Below, piece after piece: positions 1 to 15,500 of a DNA stretch of 64,000 nt. This stretch comes from Balanoglossus misakiensis (taxonomy: Eukaryota > Animalia > Hemichordata): positions 2,172,635 through 2,236,634 of the forward strand of contig CM082595.2 of NCBI GenBank assembly GCA_040954595.2, written 5' to 3'. The notes under the pieces were generated by a model, which made no database searches, was not told the DNA's origin, and worked only from the letters and a program-made list of their open reading frames with translations. Every line of letters begins with the position of its first letter. Position 1 is the first letter of the stretch. A program made the position numbers and the translations under genes.

Positions 1-36
1 ATTTGTGGATCTAACATTACTTTTATCAGCTCTCAC

Positions 37-1195
37 CTCCATTAGACTGCTTGGCTCTGTAATATCCAAATCCTGAAAATGGCAAGAGAAGAAAGTAAAC
101 TAAAAAAAATACTTCACACATTAAAGAGAGGGCGATAGTTCAGTCCAAACCCATTGGACTTTGTGAGCAACACAAAGTACGCTGTATAAAATCTGATAAC
201 TATCCTACAGAACATATGCATCACTGACCTTTGACCAGACTCTGAGATACAACTGCCTGGATACATTTTCAACAGCATCATCACCTTCTTGCATAGAGAC
301 TGCAGTCAACAGTCTCTGAGCTTGCAATGAACCTATAGCACAGATAGAAAGTTTCAGTCTCAGCCAATAAGATTCAAGGGTCAAAGGTCAATTATAAGTG
401 TGTCCCAGGGACGGCTTTGGGAGGGGCTCAGGTTTTTTAAATCAGCAAGTCTTTTATCACAGCCAGCTAAGATTGCTGGACTGTTTTTTGAAAATACATT
501 CTCCATGTACCTTTCACAAACATTGTTTCAGCTGGGTCCGAAGGCGACTTCAAAGGGATTTTGAAATAATCTCGATTTCTTTCCAAGTCTCTTACACTAT
601 ACGCTCCTTTCACAGGATTCATGCCAGGTGGTGTGTTTCCTAAAATTGAAAGATATGAGAGACGAGAAAGTTTCAGAGGATGACAATGGTGATTTGCAGC
701 ATACAGTTTCCATTGAAGGGGCTGAGCTTGGTTTTGCTTGTACATCTAGAAATGTAATTGTTACTTATTGATCTAAATTTGTGTGATGAGAAGGCTTGAA
801 TTTTTGAAATTTCTTACCTGAATGATGCATTATTGCACCGAGGAAGAAAGGCCTAAACTTCAGATCTATATTCCATTTATTCTTATACCGACACAGTGTC
901 TAAAAACAAAAAAAGTACATGTTAACGGTGTATACTGTAGAAGTAGATCAATCACCTCCATGGATGAACCGACCTAGTTTTAAAAGTACATGTAATATAT
1001 ACATTGCAATGTACAAGACCTGCTTTGATTGTCGAAAGATGATAATTGTGGCAGCACCTGTTGGTAAAATGTATGTATTCCATAAATACTGGCACCTATG
1101 TACTACACATTCTCACTTACTTCAAATCCGATCCAAGAATATGGCGAGATAACATCGTAAAACAGTTCGATTGTTTTTCTTGCCGGTGCTGCCAT
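37..1195 (-). CDS. GSTK1: Glutathione S-transferase kappa 1 (multi-exon; 3' part runs off the window start)
   Basis: Spliced exons read MAAPARKTIELFYDVISPYSWIGFE (ATG 1195) / WNIDLKFRPFFLGAIMHHS / GNTPPGMNPVKGAYSVRDLERNRDYFKIPLKSPSDPAETMFVKG / SLQAQRLLTAVSMQEGDDAVENVSRQLYLRVWSK / DLDITEPSSLME. This matches the kappa-class FYDVxSPYSW catalytic-Ser motif. Introns are GT-AG. Confidence 0.93.
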
Positions 1196-1639
1196 GTTGA
1201 GCTTGTGAACTTTGACCCTGAATTCACGCGACTGTTGCCATTTTTGCAGAGGGGTGGCAACCATCGATGGTTGGACCGTACCAAAGCCAACAAAGTCACA
1301 ACTTCTGCGAATCCATATCCCTTACCACCCCCACCCCAAGTGAGCAAGTGCATTTGTGGTTAGTGTTGTTTATGTTGTTCAATGCTACTAGGAAGGTAAC
1401 TGTAGTGTAGGTGGTGAACTCCCCGTAAAATATAGAAATGTCCATAGTAGATCATGTGATATATACAGATGTCACGTGGGTTGTTCGTTGCAGACGACAT
1501 TTTGTGACTTCCTGTGTAAACATTTGCCTAGCAACAACACGAACGAAAATGCATTTTTTTGGTGCTTTCGTGTACTTTCCATGTAAGTAATCAACAGGCG
1601 TGATTAACAAGGGATATTTCCAATCTGTAAAAGCTAACA

Positions 1640-4600
1640 ATGGCTGCTACGCACGTTTGGCCCAGATGTACGGAAACTCGAGAAAGTGATGGAGCTGAAG
1701 ATCTTCAGAAACTACTTCAGAATTTAGGTAGGTGAAATGAACACAACTTCTGTTCTAAGATAGAATACAAACTTTGGGAAGTAGTTTGTGAAGACAGAAG
1801 TGTGGTTTCAAATAATAAATCTTCTTCATTTCCCCCCAGAATTTGAGAACAAACAACAGCTGATATTAATAGATAAGGAGAACCAGCAAATTGAAGGTAA
1901 GTAACAAATACCAGTCGAGATTGTGCTCAAAGTCAAAGCCTTAAAATGCTGAATATCTCAAGAAACAATGCATACATTTTTAATGAAGGTACACGAAGAT
2001 CAAACTTTAAAATATCAGGTGTGACTTGGCAATTAACTTTTTCAGCAATTGAAAAGGATTTGAAGAGCAAACAGGAAGAAATTAAAAGTTTACAAGAATC
2101 AACAGGTCAGCTTGATGAACAAACAAAGAGAGTACATGGGCAGTTCAAGCAAAACAGAGAAAACTTGGGAAGGTAAGTTTATTTATCCCAATCCTATTTA
2201 ATTGCTGAGTTCAGCTTACCAGTATTCTTATTATATGCTGTGATCTTATGTAGTTTCCTTTTTATTAAGTTTATCGTTTACTTCACTTAACACACAGCCT
2301 CAAGAAAACTTATGATGTACTTGTGGACCATGAAAAAGCATTGGCGAAGAAATTTGAAAGACTTAAAGTAGCATGGGAAACAGATAAGTATGTACACATA
2401 ATCAGTATCATTTTGCATACATTAGTAATGTGCTACATTGTGCAGGTGATCGTGGATCTAAGTGCAAACTAATTTTGTGTTGATAGAAAGTTGTATCATG
2501 TGCATAACCCTGTACTATGGATATGTCTTGTAATGTAGGGCAGAACAGGAAAGAGCCATTTTGCAATATGAATCCACCTGGGAATCGTACAAGAACAAAT
2601 ATGAAAGTAATTCTCTGGCTAAAGAACTGGCAAAGCAACTGACGGTACTACAGGATGTACAACAACATGCTGAAGTAAAACGTCAAGCAGTTGAAGATCT
2701 CAGGTCTGCTGTTGATATCATGAAAGGTGTGTTTTTTCATTGATACTTACCGATTAAATAATTCTGGTTTGAAAAGTTTGCAGTTTCCATGCAAAAAGAT
2801 TCTTATGATGTATATGTCAAGATAACTGGGATTGCATACTTGTGTTTATTTTCATCAACAGGAAAACAGGAAAAGCCTTTTGAAAACCAGACAAAATGGG
2901 CAGTTTCTCTGTATCCTTGTAAATTGCATCATTATATGGGAAAGAAATTATTCTGTTGTGCTTTGCACAGTCTCACCACACCAAAATGTAAGCTACACAT
3001 ATTGAAAGCAGTATCATTTGTTTTGTCTTGTGTGTTAACCAATTCACCACCATCATTTGTTGTCCTGTTTGGTTATAAAATCCTTAACTGAAAACTTGTT
3101 AGTGCGGAAGTAGGTAAGGAGCTTGATCAAACTGAGTCAGAGATTGGTTCAAGACAGCACAAGATTAGTGAATTGCAACAGAAATATGAAGAGCTGAAGT
3201 TAGAAAAACAGAAGGCTATAGAGGTATGATGTCACATTTGGTTAAAAAAAGAAAAAAAAAATGTCAAAGACAACTTTGATTTATATGGGTGGTGCAGATG
3301 ATTATGATTACGTCATGGTACATGTATTTATAGAATATTTGATGTTTTTCATCCAAGCCATCAAACAAGGAAGTAGAAGGCTCAAAAGAGTTGGAACAGG
3401 AGAATATGGAGACCCGAGAAGGACAGGCTCTGGAAGTAGAAAGGTACACTGTAAAATACTACTACTTTTAGAATAGCATGTGCATCTATCTTTAAGAAAA
3501 TCTTTCTGAACACCTCTTGTTACACATTTTTCCATCACACAACTGTACTTGCTCTCACCAATTACTTTTATGTTCACTTATGTTCAGTGAAATACTTGAG
3601 CAAGCCAGCGAGAATACGGAACAAAACCAGCACTCGGCCGACGACAATTTTGGATCACGATCTTGTCAAGAAACAGCTGGAAACACTCAACAAAGACATG
3701 AATTTCACATAGAGATACCAAGTGTTCCACAATTACCATCTTATAGGAACCATGTCTCGAGAGAGATGCCACAAATTAACATTCCACAACGACAACTGTC
3801 ACCTCAAGTGCATAGAGAGATCCGAATTCCTCAGCTTCAAACTATGATTGAGGTAGGGTAATATGATTATCGCATCGTTCTAAAGATGTATATGTGGGAT
3901 TGTGCTCTACTTGTATCATTTTAACTTTCTCAAGTTCCTGGATGTAAAATTACACCAAGGAAATTATTAACCTGTAATAACTAATTTTCAAGCTTATATA
4001 ATTTAGATTTGTATGAAACTTTTTTTTATCAGAAACCACCATGTCCTACCAGACCACCAAAACAGCTGAGCACACCTGAGAGACCAAGTGTTCATGTACC
4101 ACAACTGCATTTGCCAGCAATGACTCTGGGAAGTCCACAGCAAACAATGCATCAGAAACCTCACCAGCAGTCCCCAAATCTACTGTGTCAGCTGCAGAAA
4201 CAGCAACTACAAAGGAAACTTGAAAATCTATTGGTAGGATACTGTCACCTATGCAAAATTACATAGTTGATATTTCATTATGAGAGATTGTTCCATAGAT
4301 ATTGTATTTAGAAACTTACTAAATGTACATTACACTTTCAGCCATCTGTTCCACCAATTCAAGTACAGACTCCTCCATCAGAAAAACAAGTTACCAGTCA
4401 ACCCACAGAAAGTCGTCAGCCCCAACCTTGTCATTTCAACCAAGTTCCTCATCACAGAGGTCGTGAAGTTGGTGACAACAGGGTACCATCATTATTACCC
4501 AACAACACTGTAGACAACTCTGATGCAGCAAGTCCTCCCCAAAGTCAAATGGAAGGTATGTATAGGAAACAATATTAAAGAGTTGGTGTACGAAGTTTGG

Positions 4601-6025
4601 TCATACTTGGAGACACTGTTTGCATTCATCTTTTCACAAACATATTTGTCAGGACAGATATAAACGATAGAATTGCATTGATGAGATGTTTTCCTAAGCA
4701 AGAGTGGTACTCTAATCTTTGTGTGAAATATTTGTTTGAAACATGAATTTTCTTCTATTTCCAAAAGATGACAGCATGGACCAACCACAAGATATTTCCC
4801 ACTGTACAACACCTGTAAACGCCCAAATATGTGACAACGAGACATCAGCTGAGACGCCCCAATTGACATCACCACCATCACAGAACATCAGCCCGTTTGA
4901 TGAGGCTAGGCATGCAGAATATCTAGAATCCTTGAGGAAATCACCTGGATTTAGCTACGCCAGTAGGGCAATGTATGGTGCAGGACAGGCAAATTCAACA
5001 AATCAACAGGTAACACAGGACTTTGTGTGTGTGTGTGTCACTGTTTGTATTATGTTTTTTCTTTGTTAATGAAAGATATTACAAGTACAAAGTGATCACT
5101 ATCATAGCCATTAGTACAGAGATGCATATTGACTTTAACATACCAGTAATACTTAATTTCATTCATCATATTTTGGATTAGGACACAGACAAATCACAGC
5201 AGCCTCAGCAGAAAGAAAGTGGGGCTTTCTTTGGAACACAATTCCTTCAGTCCGCTTTTGAAGAGGTAAGTACCCCAATGTAACATCAGTAATCAACATG
5301 TGGTTGTTTATACAAATTGATAATATGCCAATTGTTGACCAACTAATACATGTTTCCAACTTCTTTGTTTTATCCTGTAGCCATTTTCAAGAACTCAGTT
5401 TGGTGCTTCAACTCAAGGTGGGTAGCAATGAAACTTTTGTAGTTTTCTGATTATGAAGTAAAGGGCAATGTGTCTGATGGCCTTGATTGTGCAACTCTTC
5501 AATGCAAGTTTATTTGATTGTCAAATTCATAAGTAAATTTAAATACTGTCATAATGACTTGTAATTAATCCATCACTTATTGCTCTCAAAACCAACATGT
5601 AGGTGATAACAATACTGGAAACAGTGGTACAAATCCAGAAAATAGTGGATGTACAAGTATATTTGGACCAGCCTCTTCACCATTCACCCTATCCAGTGGG
5701 AATAACCAAGGAGGTAGATATATCTTCAGTTTTATAGCTTTTGTAGTACATGTATATACAGTCAGACTTGTCTTTAGTGGCCAGTCAAGTGACTTTCCTA
5801 AACTGTCTTCCCTATTGTTTTCATTTTACAGGATCATTGTTTGGTCAAAATGAATCCAGTTCATCCACCTCAGACAACATCAATGGTTTTGCAATGTTCG
5901 GCTTCTCCAGTTCAGCGGACAACTCTTCATCTCCTGAAAGATCTGGTTTTAGCTTCAACTTTGGAGGTGGGTCCAATGGGGGAAATTCCCCAAAGAATTC
6001 CAGTGGGGCTTTTAGCTTGTTTTAA
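1640..6025 (+). CDS. SIX6OS1: SIX6OS1/C14orf39-like synaptonemal complex central element protein (multi-exon)
   Basis: The N-terminal coiled coil has LKKTYDVLVDHEKALAKKFE, ILQYESTWESYKNKYESNSLAKE and KPFENQTKWAVSL, resembling recalled vertebrate SIX6OS1 segments (KPTCDVFRKHE, ICQYKEVLKQYQLKYSETPFSRE, PFPSLTKWTL). A disordered Q/P/S middle is followed by KSPGFSY and a Phe-rich tail (GFSFNFGG...GAFSLF*, stop 6025). Internal exon boundaries are partly approximate. Confidence 0.75.
2911..3102 (+). other. U12-type (minor spliceosome) GT-AG intron in the SIX6OS1-like gene
   Basis: The 5' splice site is GTATCCTT (2911-2918), the branch site is TCCTTAAC (3081-3088), and AG lies at 3101-3102 with no polypyrimidine tract. 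Removal keeps the frame: WAVSL|AEVGKELDQTESEIG. Confidence 0.85.
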
Positions 6026-6893
6026 ACATGTTGCTGTATTTATTATAAGCCTATTGCAAAGACCATCTTACTTTTTAGAGTTAGTGTTCATGTTTGGAAG
6101 TATTTATATACAGCATGCAGAAGTTGGTATTTATTTATTTATTGAATTAATATAACTTATTTACTGTGTGGAAGTAAAGGCTTCCAATAAAACATACAGA
6201 GGTGTAGTGAATTAAATAAACATCTTGCTTTAATACTTTTAAATAATCAGAAATGACATTTCTCTGTAAAAAGTGATGAGTATAAAAAAATTGTAGTAAT
6301 GACACTCTATGACCATAAAACAAGTATCCAGGTACAGAATCTAACAGACATCTTTGGTTGACACTAATGAAGAAATGTACAAATGTGTTGTGTACAGCAA
6401 AATCTTGTCACAATGTGGAAACCACTGTAGCCTTGCTCATACCTCTAATCATACTAAAGATACAACCTTTGCACTTGTATAGCTGCCTTGATTGGAAAGT
6501 TCTAAGATCTACTAAAAAGACAAGCGTGTAGTAGTAGCTTTCTGTTGACTTGCTCTTGTTTCAACATGTTTGTGCCAAATTCATTTTTAAAACATTTTGA
6601 ATTACACTGTAAAAGTATTATTTGCACTGTGTTTGAAAGTTGTCATTTTCACCAGTTGATAATCTGAAAATAATTAAATCTCATGCAATATGACCTGGAA
6701 TGAACATTTGATGACAACCACTGAAGTGTCCTTTTCATGAGTCTATATTTGGAGGACAGATGTCACCATCGTCCCCAGTAACAGCCACTCACTGACCGAC
6801 CCCTGGCAGGTTCAAAAGTCAGTACAAAGTTCTATGGCCTTTGACCTCTCCTTGATCTGGTTGCAACGTACTGATAGTGACGGTACATTTAAT

Positions 6894-8493
6894 TTAATCT
6901 GTTGACGATGAAGGCTGCTGATCTGCACTGTCATCTGCTTGCTTGAGTTTCTTCTTGGCTCTGACATCATTCATTACTTGTTCAACAGATCTTTTGTCTC
7001 TCTTGTTTGCACTGGGAACTGCAATGAAGGTACCAGTGAAACACTGTTATAAAATCCATCCAATTTATTACAGATGTGTCAATAGTAACAAGGATTTGCA
7101 TGTTCCACAAGCAAGCTCTCTTGATCAAGCATGTACAACTTACCAAATCCAAATTGTTTATTTGCTTCAAGTGTGTGCGCTGCATCTTTGGCTGAATCTT
7201 CGCCTATTAATTTCTTGTATTTATCTCTGTAATTTGTTGCTGGTATGAAGTCTTTTTCTTGTGTACTTGTTGTTTCCAGGTCTTCTTTTGAACTAGCTGC
7301 CTGTATAAACATACACAAATGAATATTCTTCACACCACATTTAATTTCTAATTGTGTTGTTTGTGGGTCTCTGTTCAATGGTATCACTTTGATTCTGAAG
7401 GCTAAAAGGGTTAAACCTAACACCTTACCTTTGTTTTGTAAAATTCTCTAGCTTTTTCTGGATCCATTATTTTACCACTTCTGTATGCAGTCAACTCTTC
7501 ATCAGTTGGGGCAAATTCCTAAAATACACACAGAATATACATGTAAAAAAACATGAATCTCGTAAATGAATTATTTTCTGAAAGCTACACAAACAAAGTT
7601 GATGACTAGTAGACTGTACTTTAGGGAAACTTACCTTTTTAAATATTATCATGTATCTGTCGTCATCTCTCTCACCAAAGGAAAATGTTGTTAAACCGGC
7701 TACTTCTGCTACGTCATGTCTGTTGGAGAAAATAACTGGCTTAGAAATCATTCAAATCGGATTATATTAATCTTTGGCAGGAACAGTTTAGAAATTGTAG
7801 GAAAAGTAGTAAAATAATTCTTACACAATGCTTCTATAAACTCTGTCCATTGGTTCATATTTCAGTCTGGTTCTTTCACTATCATTCATAAATTCATTTA
7901 TTTCCTTTTCAATTTTCTCTCGAAATTCTGTTTTCTTCTTCTTATCCTCAGCTTGAAGCTTCTCTAGTTGTTTCTTTCTTTCTGTGCAAAAATGAAATGA
8001 GAGAGAAAAATAAACAAAACATCTAACAGGACTGGCCTTTGAGGGCAGACCGTCACTCGATGAGCGCCACCACACGACGTAAACATAATTTAAAGTTTCT
8101 TCTTTTTTTATAACTATAAACGAAAATAATATTTTATGATTTCTATATGAAAATGAGCTTGCTGGCAAATCTACATTTGCCTTCAAACGCATTTAAACCA
8201 TTATGATTTTATCTGTGAAAACATATCAGTATTAGAAGTACAAGTGTTTGTAGAAAGCGACATGTAAACATTGCAACGATGGCCCACTAATGATGAACAT
8301 CAAAAGCCCTTTACAAATTAAGTAGAGTTTCGAATGTGTGCTGTAACCCGATCCCATTCGATTTCAGCCAGAAAATAAAACGGTACATCAATAATTCTAA
8401 AAGATACTTACGCCTGGCTAATTTCTTCTCCTTGTCTCCTACCGAAGGAGGTTTTTCCATCGATCCTAGAATATTTCCAAGTAAGTCAGCCAT
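6894..8493 (-). CDS. SPAG7: Sperm-associated antigen 7 (R3H-domain protein), multi-exon
   Basis: [24 protein letters not shown]... / [12 protein letters not shown] / [16 protein letters not shown]...RYMIIFKK / [28 protein letters not shown] / [27 protein letters not shown]; stop TAA at 6894-6896. Confidence 0.95.
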
Positions 8494-8753
8494 TTTGAAA
8501 AAGTTCAGGCTCCCTAACTTTCTTGATAAAAACGCTTACTATTTAAAGGAAGGTTTCGCAAATTCAAGGAGTTATAATAGAAAACTTGCAACATAAATTG
8601 ATGAAATGAACTATTTTCTAGTCTTAGAGCTGTATATTATGCATAGTTAATCGTGAAATATAGTGTTTTTGATGGACAATGTTAATGATCATTGTCCTGG
8701 GGAGCTTCCCTTCCCAAGAAAAGTTACCACAAACCAACAAACATCTGGTCAAC

Positions 8754-9591
<838 letters not shown>

Positions 9592-12553
9592 TCCCCTTTT
9601 TAGAGATCTTGTTTTTAAGTATGTATTTAAAACTGCCAAAGTGTATATTTTTGAAGTGTTAAATAATGTCCATAAAATCCCAGCAACAGAGATGGAAAAG
9701 TTTTGAATTTGCAATCTGAACCAAGTTATTCCAGTTTAAGAATGCAGAATCAAAGCCAAACAGTGATGGTGAAAGGGTTAATGCATACAAACACTTAAAT
9801 AATGGATAGGAATTCAACACTTTGCATTTTTTTGTGTTCTTTACTAAATAAACGTTTTAAGTTTTTCTTACAAACACCGAGTTTCTGAAGTATCCACATA
9901 CACACACACACACACCAAGTCATCTCATATTAAAGCTCCCACTGATAAATATATACCAAATAGGAGATAATAAAACCCACACAAAGTACAGAATTTTATT
10001 TATGATTAATTTTATTGGCAAAACTCCTCTATTACATAAAGAAATAGGGTTAATGATAGGTTTAATTAAAATCAGAACAACTACTGTTGCATTTTGACTG
10101 CTGCCCTCAGGCATCAAAGTACAACATACTTTTGTTTTTCATGCGAATTGCACAATTGCGTAATATAGAATTGGTGATCAAAGTTTGCAGGATACATACT
10201 AAATCCCTGTGCTTAGAAATCACAGAGGTAGTTAACGTGAACACAGTTGTTTGTTGTTTTTTTCTCAAAAAAATTAATATTCTTTGGTCCATAATATAGG
10301 AGTGTCAACCCCTGATTTGTGGTTTCATTCCACAGTTATGCTTGTCACAGGGAGTGACACCCCCTGGTAATGCAAAGGAACATGTTATATATTCAGAAGA
10401 TACATATAAGCATGATAATATACAGCTACATTTATGCAAACTTTCTTTTGTTGTCTGCAGAAAAGAAAGTACCAGAACACGCAATGTACAGTAGATAGCG
10501 CCCTCTACCGACACCACTCCTGCAACCTGACAAAAAGATACAAAAGTGGATTTCAAAACTACCAACTGGAAGGTACGAAAAATGATTTAATCAGCTATTT
10601 TTTCTATCAAGTCATGCACAGCTGTGTGTACATGCTATCAGAATAAGTGAACACATGCATATCCACATGTGGAAATTCTGTCAAGTAACTTGCGTCGTTT
10701 ACGGGACATATTGCCTCTGTCAAATCAGGTAGAGATCTTCCAACATGCATGACAGCCGTCATGTTTCAGTTTAATGACCACCGTGCATCAATACTCAACA
10801 CTGTATCCTTCCTGTTGCCAACATGGTCATACTTCGCTTGATAAACACAGTACACTTGTAAGCAAAATAAAAAAAGAGGTGTACATGGACGTACTACTAA
10901 GTGCAAAGGCATGTAACTGGACAGAGACAAGTCATTTGGTGTAAATTTTGTGCGTATGCAAATCCAAGAATACTTAAATGCATTCACTTTCTAGTTAAGC
11001 CAATTCCACACTAGTCTGGCCCATTTAAATAAATGGAACATTAATAATTATGATTGACACATAATCAAGATATTGCTGCAAGATGGTAACCATGTGCTTC
11101 TAACCTACTTCCTTAATCAGTCTGGTTGTAGTCAGTGGTTAAGTCTGGACCAATGTTTGGGGAACTGGGTGCTTTAGTCATATAGTCTACAGATCAAAAA
11201 TATAGTACTATAAAAATAATAAAGAAACATACCAAAAAATAACTTAAATAACATTGATATGGCATTGCCTTTCAACCATCCTGCATGCTGGCAACTGACC
11301 TCATTAATGCTGACATTGATCTTGCCATATTATGGGATATATGTGACTGGTGAACCTGTTTGAACTGTTCTACAAGTCATTACAAGGACAATATGCAGGA
11401 GATAGGTAAAACTAGGCTAACACAAAACTACAGAAAATTTTACACTTCATTGCAGTCATCAGAGAAACGTACAACATGAAGTTAATATGAAGCTAAAAAA
11501 TATCGTAAACTCTTTTATCAATCTTGTCGTCGCAAAAGCTGGTGGATGACAGAAACTTTCCTGTCATCCTAGTTCTGAGTTTATGTACACATCCATGTCT
11601 TCTTCTGAAGCCTAACCTCTGACCTGATTCTCTAATAAACAAGGGTAACCTTTGACCCTTGGCCTGACAGAGAAATCGATCAACACTCTTTGATAAATCA
11701 ACTTTACAAAGATTCGTAGGGGCTAGTGGACTATTAGGGTATGAGAGTAATGACAAATTCTGTGACCATGCAGAGTAAATTTTGAGCTGCATTTGGAGTT
11801 CTTCACTCAGGATTGACTTGATGCAAGTCAACTCTGCCGTGAGACAAGCAGTAAGCTGGATTTTGTCCATGCTTATGTGGTAGTTTTAAATGTTTAGAAC
11901 CACACGTAGAGTTGAAATAAGAAATCTGTAAAACTTTCCTAAAATTATAACGGTCAAAAATGGTCAAGAGTAGTAACATATGTGCATGGGAAAATCACCC
12001 TGTGGAATTCTCATCACAATGCTGCACAAACTTTGTACAATACTGGGAAGTTTTTATTCCCAGTTGCATTTTTTTTTCTGTGGAATGATTTGACAATATC
12101 CGAAACAAGAAATGACAAAAAACACACTGGTTGTCATTTTTTGTAATAGTTTACATTTTGATGGACTGTACCAATGGGTACCACAGTTACAGATTGTAAC
12201 ATTAAGTATCCATCATCCCCAAACCTACAGTTGGGTTGCCATGGTTACAGTGACTGAACGTTCAGTATCTCCAAAATTTGACCAATATCAGAAGAATGAA
12301 CTTTTCACTACAAATTACAAATCTAGTTGTGTTTAAAAAAAATCTGAAATGATATTTAGAGGGTTGAAATAATGCTGCAATGTCTGGTACCAAACATTGG
12401 TCAGCCAAGTACACGATAAACTTCAGTTTTCGGCTTTTAGAGAAAATTAATTGCTGCACACCTGTAAGACAGTTTATGCCAACAACAACAACCGAGGGTT
12501 GCCCCCACATGAGTTCCTCACTGAAGTCCACACACGATGGCAGATTCTGATCT

Positions 12554-15500
12554 TCAAGTCTTGATCTCAAACTCCGGTAGTTTCTTGAGTCTCTCCTTGT
12601 CGTCTTCCGACTCCGCCCGAACCACCATCAAAGTATGGCCGTACCCGCAGGACACTGAGTGGACGTATACACCTTCTAACGGCTTGACTTCCTTTGGCTG
12701 TGTGGAAGACTTCTGTGCGTGGTCACCGTATCCAAGTTCCCCGTAGGTCGGTGCTGGGCCCCAGCTGATCACACTCTCATCTGCTGCAATGACAATGCTG
12801 TGGTTGCTGAAAAATACAAGTTTAGGCTTCCAAATTACTAAAAATTTCAAGAACTTGAATTCATAGCTTCCAATAAACATTTGAGGCTTAGAAGTGATTT
12901 CCAGGGGTAATTGTACTAAAGAATATCTGAGTTTGAAATCCAAGTATCTGACCCTACCTGCAGCCAACACTTCGAACTTTCCATCCTGTCAGATCCTGTA
13001 CAGGTTTGGGGTACATCGTAGCTTCTCCAGTTGTTTTTGTTTGGCCCCAGAAGAAAAGCGCCCCTGTGAATGAGACAACAATATGGTTAAGGACAACTGC
13101 ATCTTAGATAAAGACAGAAAAATCTATCTATTCTGTGAGAAACTAAAATGGAAATATTGGTGTCCACCATCTTGGACTTCTACCAGTACTTGGCCATACT
13201 GGATTGCACCACAAAACAACATGCCATGACTATGTATGCATACAAATTATTTACCTTGTTCACTGACTGCCATTGAAAAAGACGACCCTGCATAAATATG
13301 GCTGATACCCCTACCAGCCATGTCAAATGTTTTCAAATTTCGTGGAACTTTCTCATCTTTGGGTTCTGCATGGCCTAGACGTCCATATCCACCGAAACCC
13401 CAAGTAAAGACCCGTTTCCTGATATCAAGTGCAAGCTGTTGGCAAAATAAATCAAAATGTGATGATCTGTGCTTAGAGATCACATAAACTACTATTGGAA
13501 ACAGGAAATTAAATATTCACAAAGAATGATGTCATTGCAACTCACTGTATGGTTGTTGCCACAGACGACGTCAGTCAGCAACACATTTTGTACTGGAACA
13601 ATATGCCCCTCTCGTGTCTTCTCCACAAACATGGTGATCCTTCGCGGAACTAGTTGGCAGTCAAAAGAATGTTTTGTAGATGTGACAAAGTATTGGCCGT
13701 CGTTGTTGTGCCCTGCAATAGCATCAGCGAAACAATGTAAATTAACTCAAGGTTAGAATTTTGACATTTGGTGAAATAAGAGCAAGAATGTTGAACTTAC
13801 CAAGCTGGCTGTATTCTGGATGGCCAAATGAGTGAAGGCTGCCTTTGCAGTCAAGGATCATGCTGAAATCTGCCCCACATGCAACTTTGACAATCGGTTG
13901 GCCTTTATATGAAACCTAGCAACAGAGATTAGAAATATACATTGTATAAGACAGTAAAAGTCTATAGGAGCAACAGTGCCACTAGCGCTACTTTTACATA
14001 GCAAAATACTAGTAGTAGTAATTTATTCCGTATAAACAATTAAAAATTTAACAGGCTTGGAACTTGACATGATTAGTTTTTATGAGAACTGGTTGATATC
14101 ACTGTAAAAACCTCTACCTGTCAAACTCAAAGTGGATCAAAGATAAATTCTTGGCTGAATTAAGTGCCTTGTGCTCAGAATCCAAATGTAGGACAAACAC
14201 AATAATCTAATAATGAAACACGCTCAGAATACATGACTGATATTACGAAAACATCATTACAGAATGGAATATTCAACCAATTTTATCTCTTGAAAGCCCT
14301 GTCCCCCTTTGACTGAAATCTGTATTTCTATAGCAATGTATTGTCAGATATGGTTGGTTTTCACCATCAATAGCTTCATTTGTTATTCTACAATTTAAGT
14401 CTTTGGATCAACTCTGCTGCATATCAACAGCAGTGAGATACGTCTATTTGAATCATCCCCACGGCAACTGTTTCTAAAACGCATGACAACCACAGCTCTC
14501 CTTGAGTTCTTGAGGGTAATTCCTATGGCAATTGTTAAGCGTCCTAAAACCTTTTACAGCAATTGGAATTTAGAATTCGAGCTGTTTTCACTGGTTTTTC
14601 GAAGTACTGTATTTCACCACAACTCCTGGGCTGCATATTATTAGACATCACGCAGTTTTTATTCCTTTAATGTTACCATGACAATCAAATTAACATACGA
14701 AACATCAATGACATCTAACAGTGTTATAAAAAAAATTGTACCCTTGATTTGCATTTTAACGGAAGTATAAAGATCTTGTCCTAGATTTGAAAAGGAACAC
14801 TTTCTCTTAATAACCCTTTTTTTCCGAACAGGGAAAACGGCAATTCTTTGTTCGTTTACAAACATTTAATATGATCGCATTATCTTCAGCCAGCATTGAA
14901 AGAATAAACGCGGCTTTTAAATTTTTCATTGCTTTGAAAATTCTGCCCAAGGCACTTCGCAACACTAAACCTCAGCGGTGTCAGATAATACACAAAGTAG
15001 TCAACCACTTACTCAAAAACCCTGCTGTCGGCAAAGATGGTCCCATTAGACTGTCATCATCTGGGATTTTAATAGCAAACATCGAACGTAAACCCTTCAA
15101 TAGACTTCGCTCAAGTTACACTCATTTTTCTAAAAATGAGACATTTGAACAGCTTTGCCATCCATTGTCTCAGATTTCAACTATTACTTTTACCTAACAC
15201 CGTTGATAACTTGAGGACTGTAAAATGTTTATTACAAGCATCAGCTTAAATTAGGTATGTTTCTCTATCCTTTCGTAAGTCTGCTTGTAAATTATATTTT
15301 GATGTATACCCAAGATATACAGGTGATATAATTGTTTTGGTTGTTTTAGAGTGCAGATAACAAGTTAGTTCCAGGGTTTATCAAAGTCTAGTTGTGGTTA
15401 TTAACTTGAATGTGGAGTCCAGTAGGGATTTTATGGTAAGAGAAGACTGTTGCTAGGAAACGCATTTCATATAACACCCAGATCATCTTCCTTTTATTGA

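Noticed and set aside
9600-12550. Short ORFs between POLR2D and RCC2
   Set aside because: No motifs or exon structure; best explained as convergent 3' UTRs.
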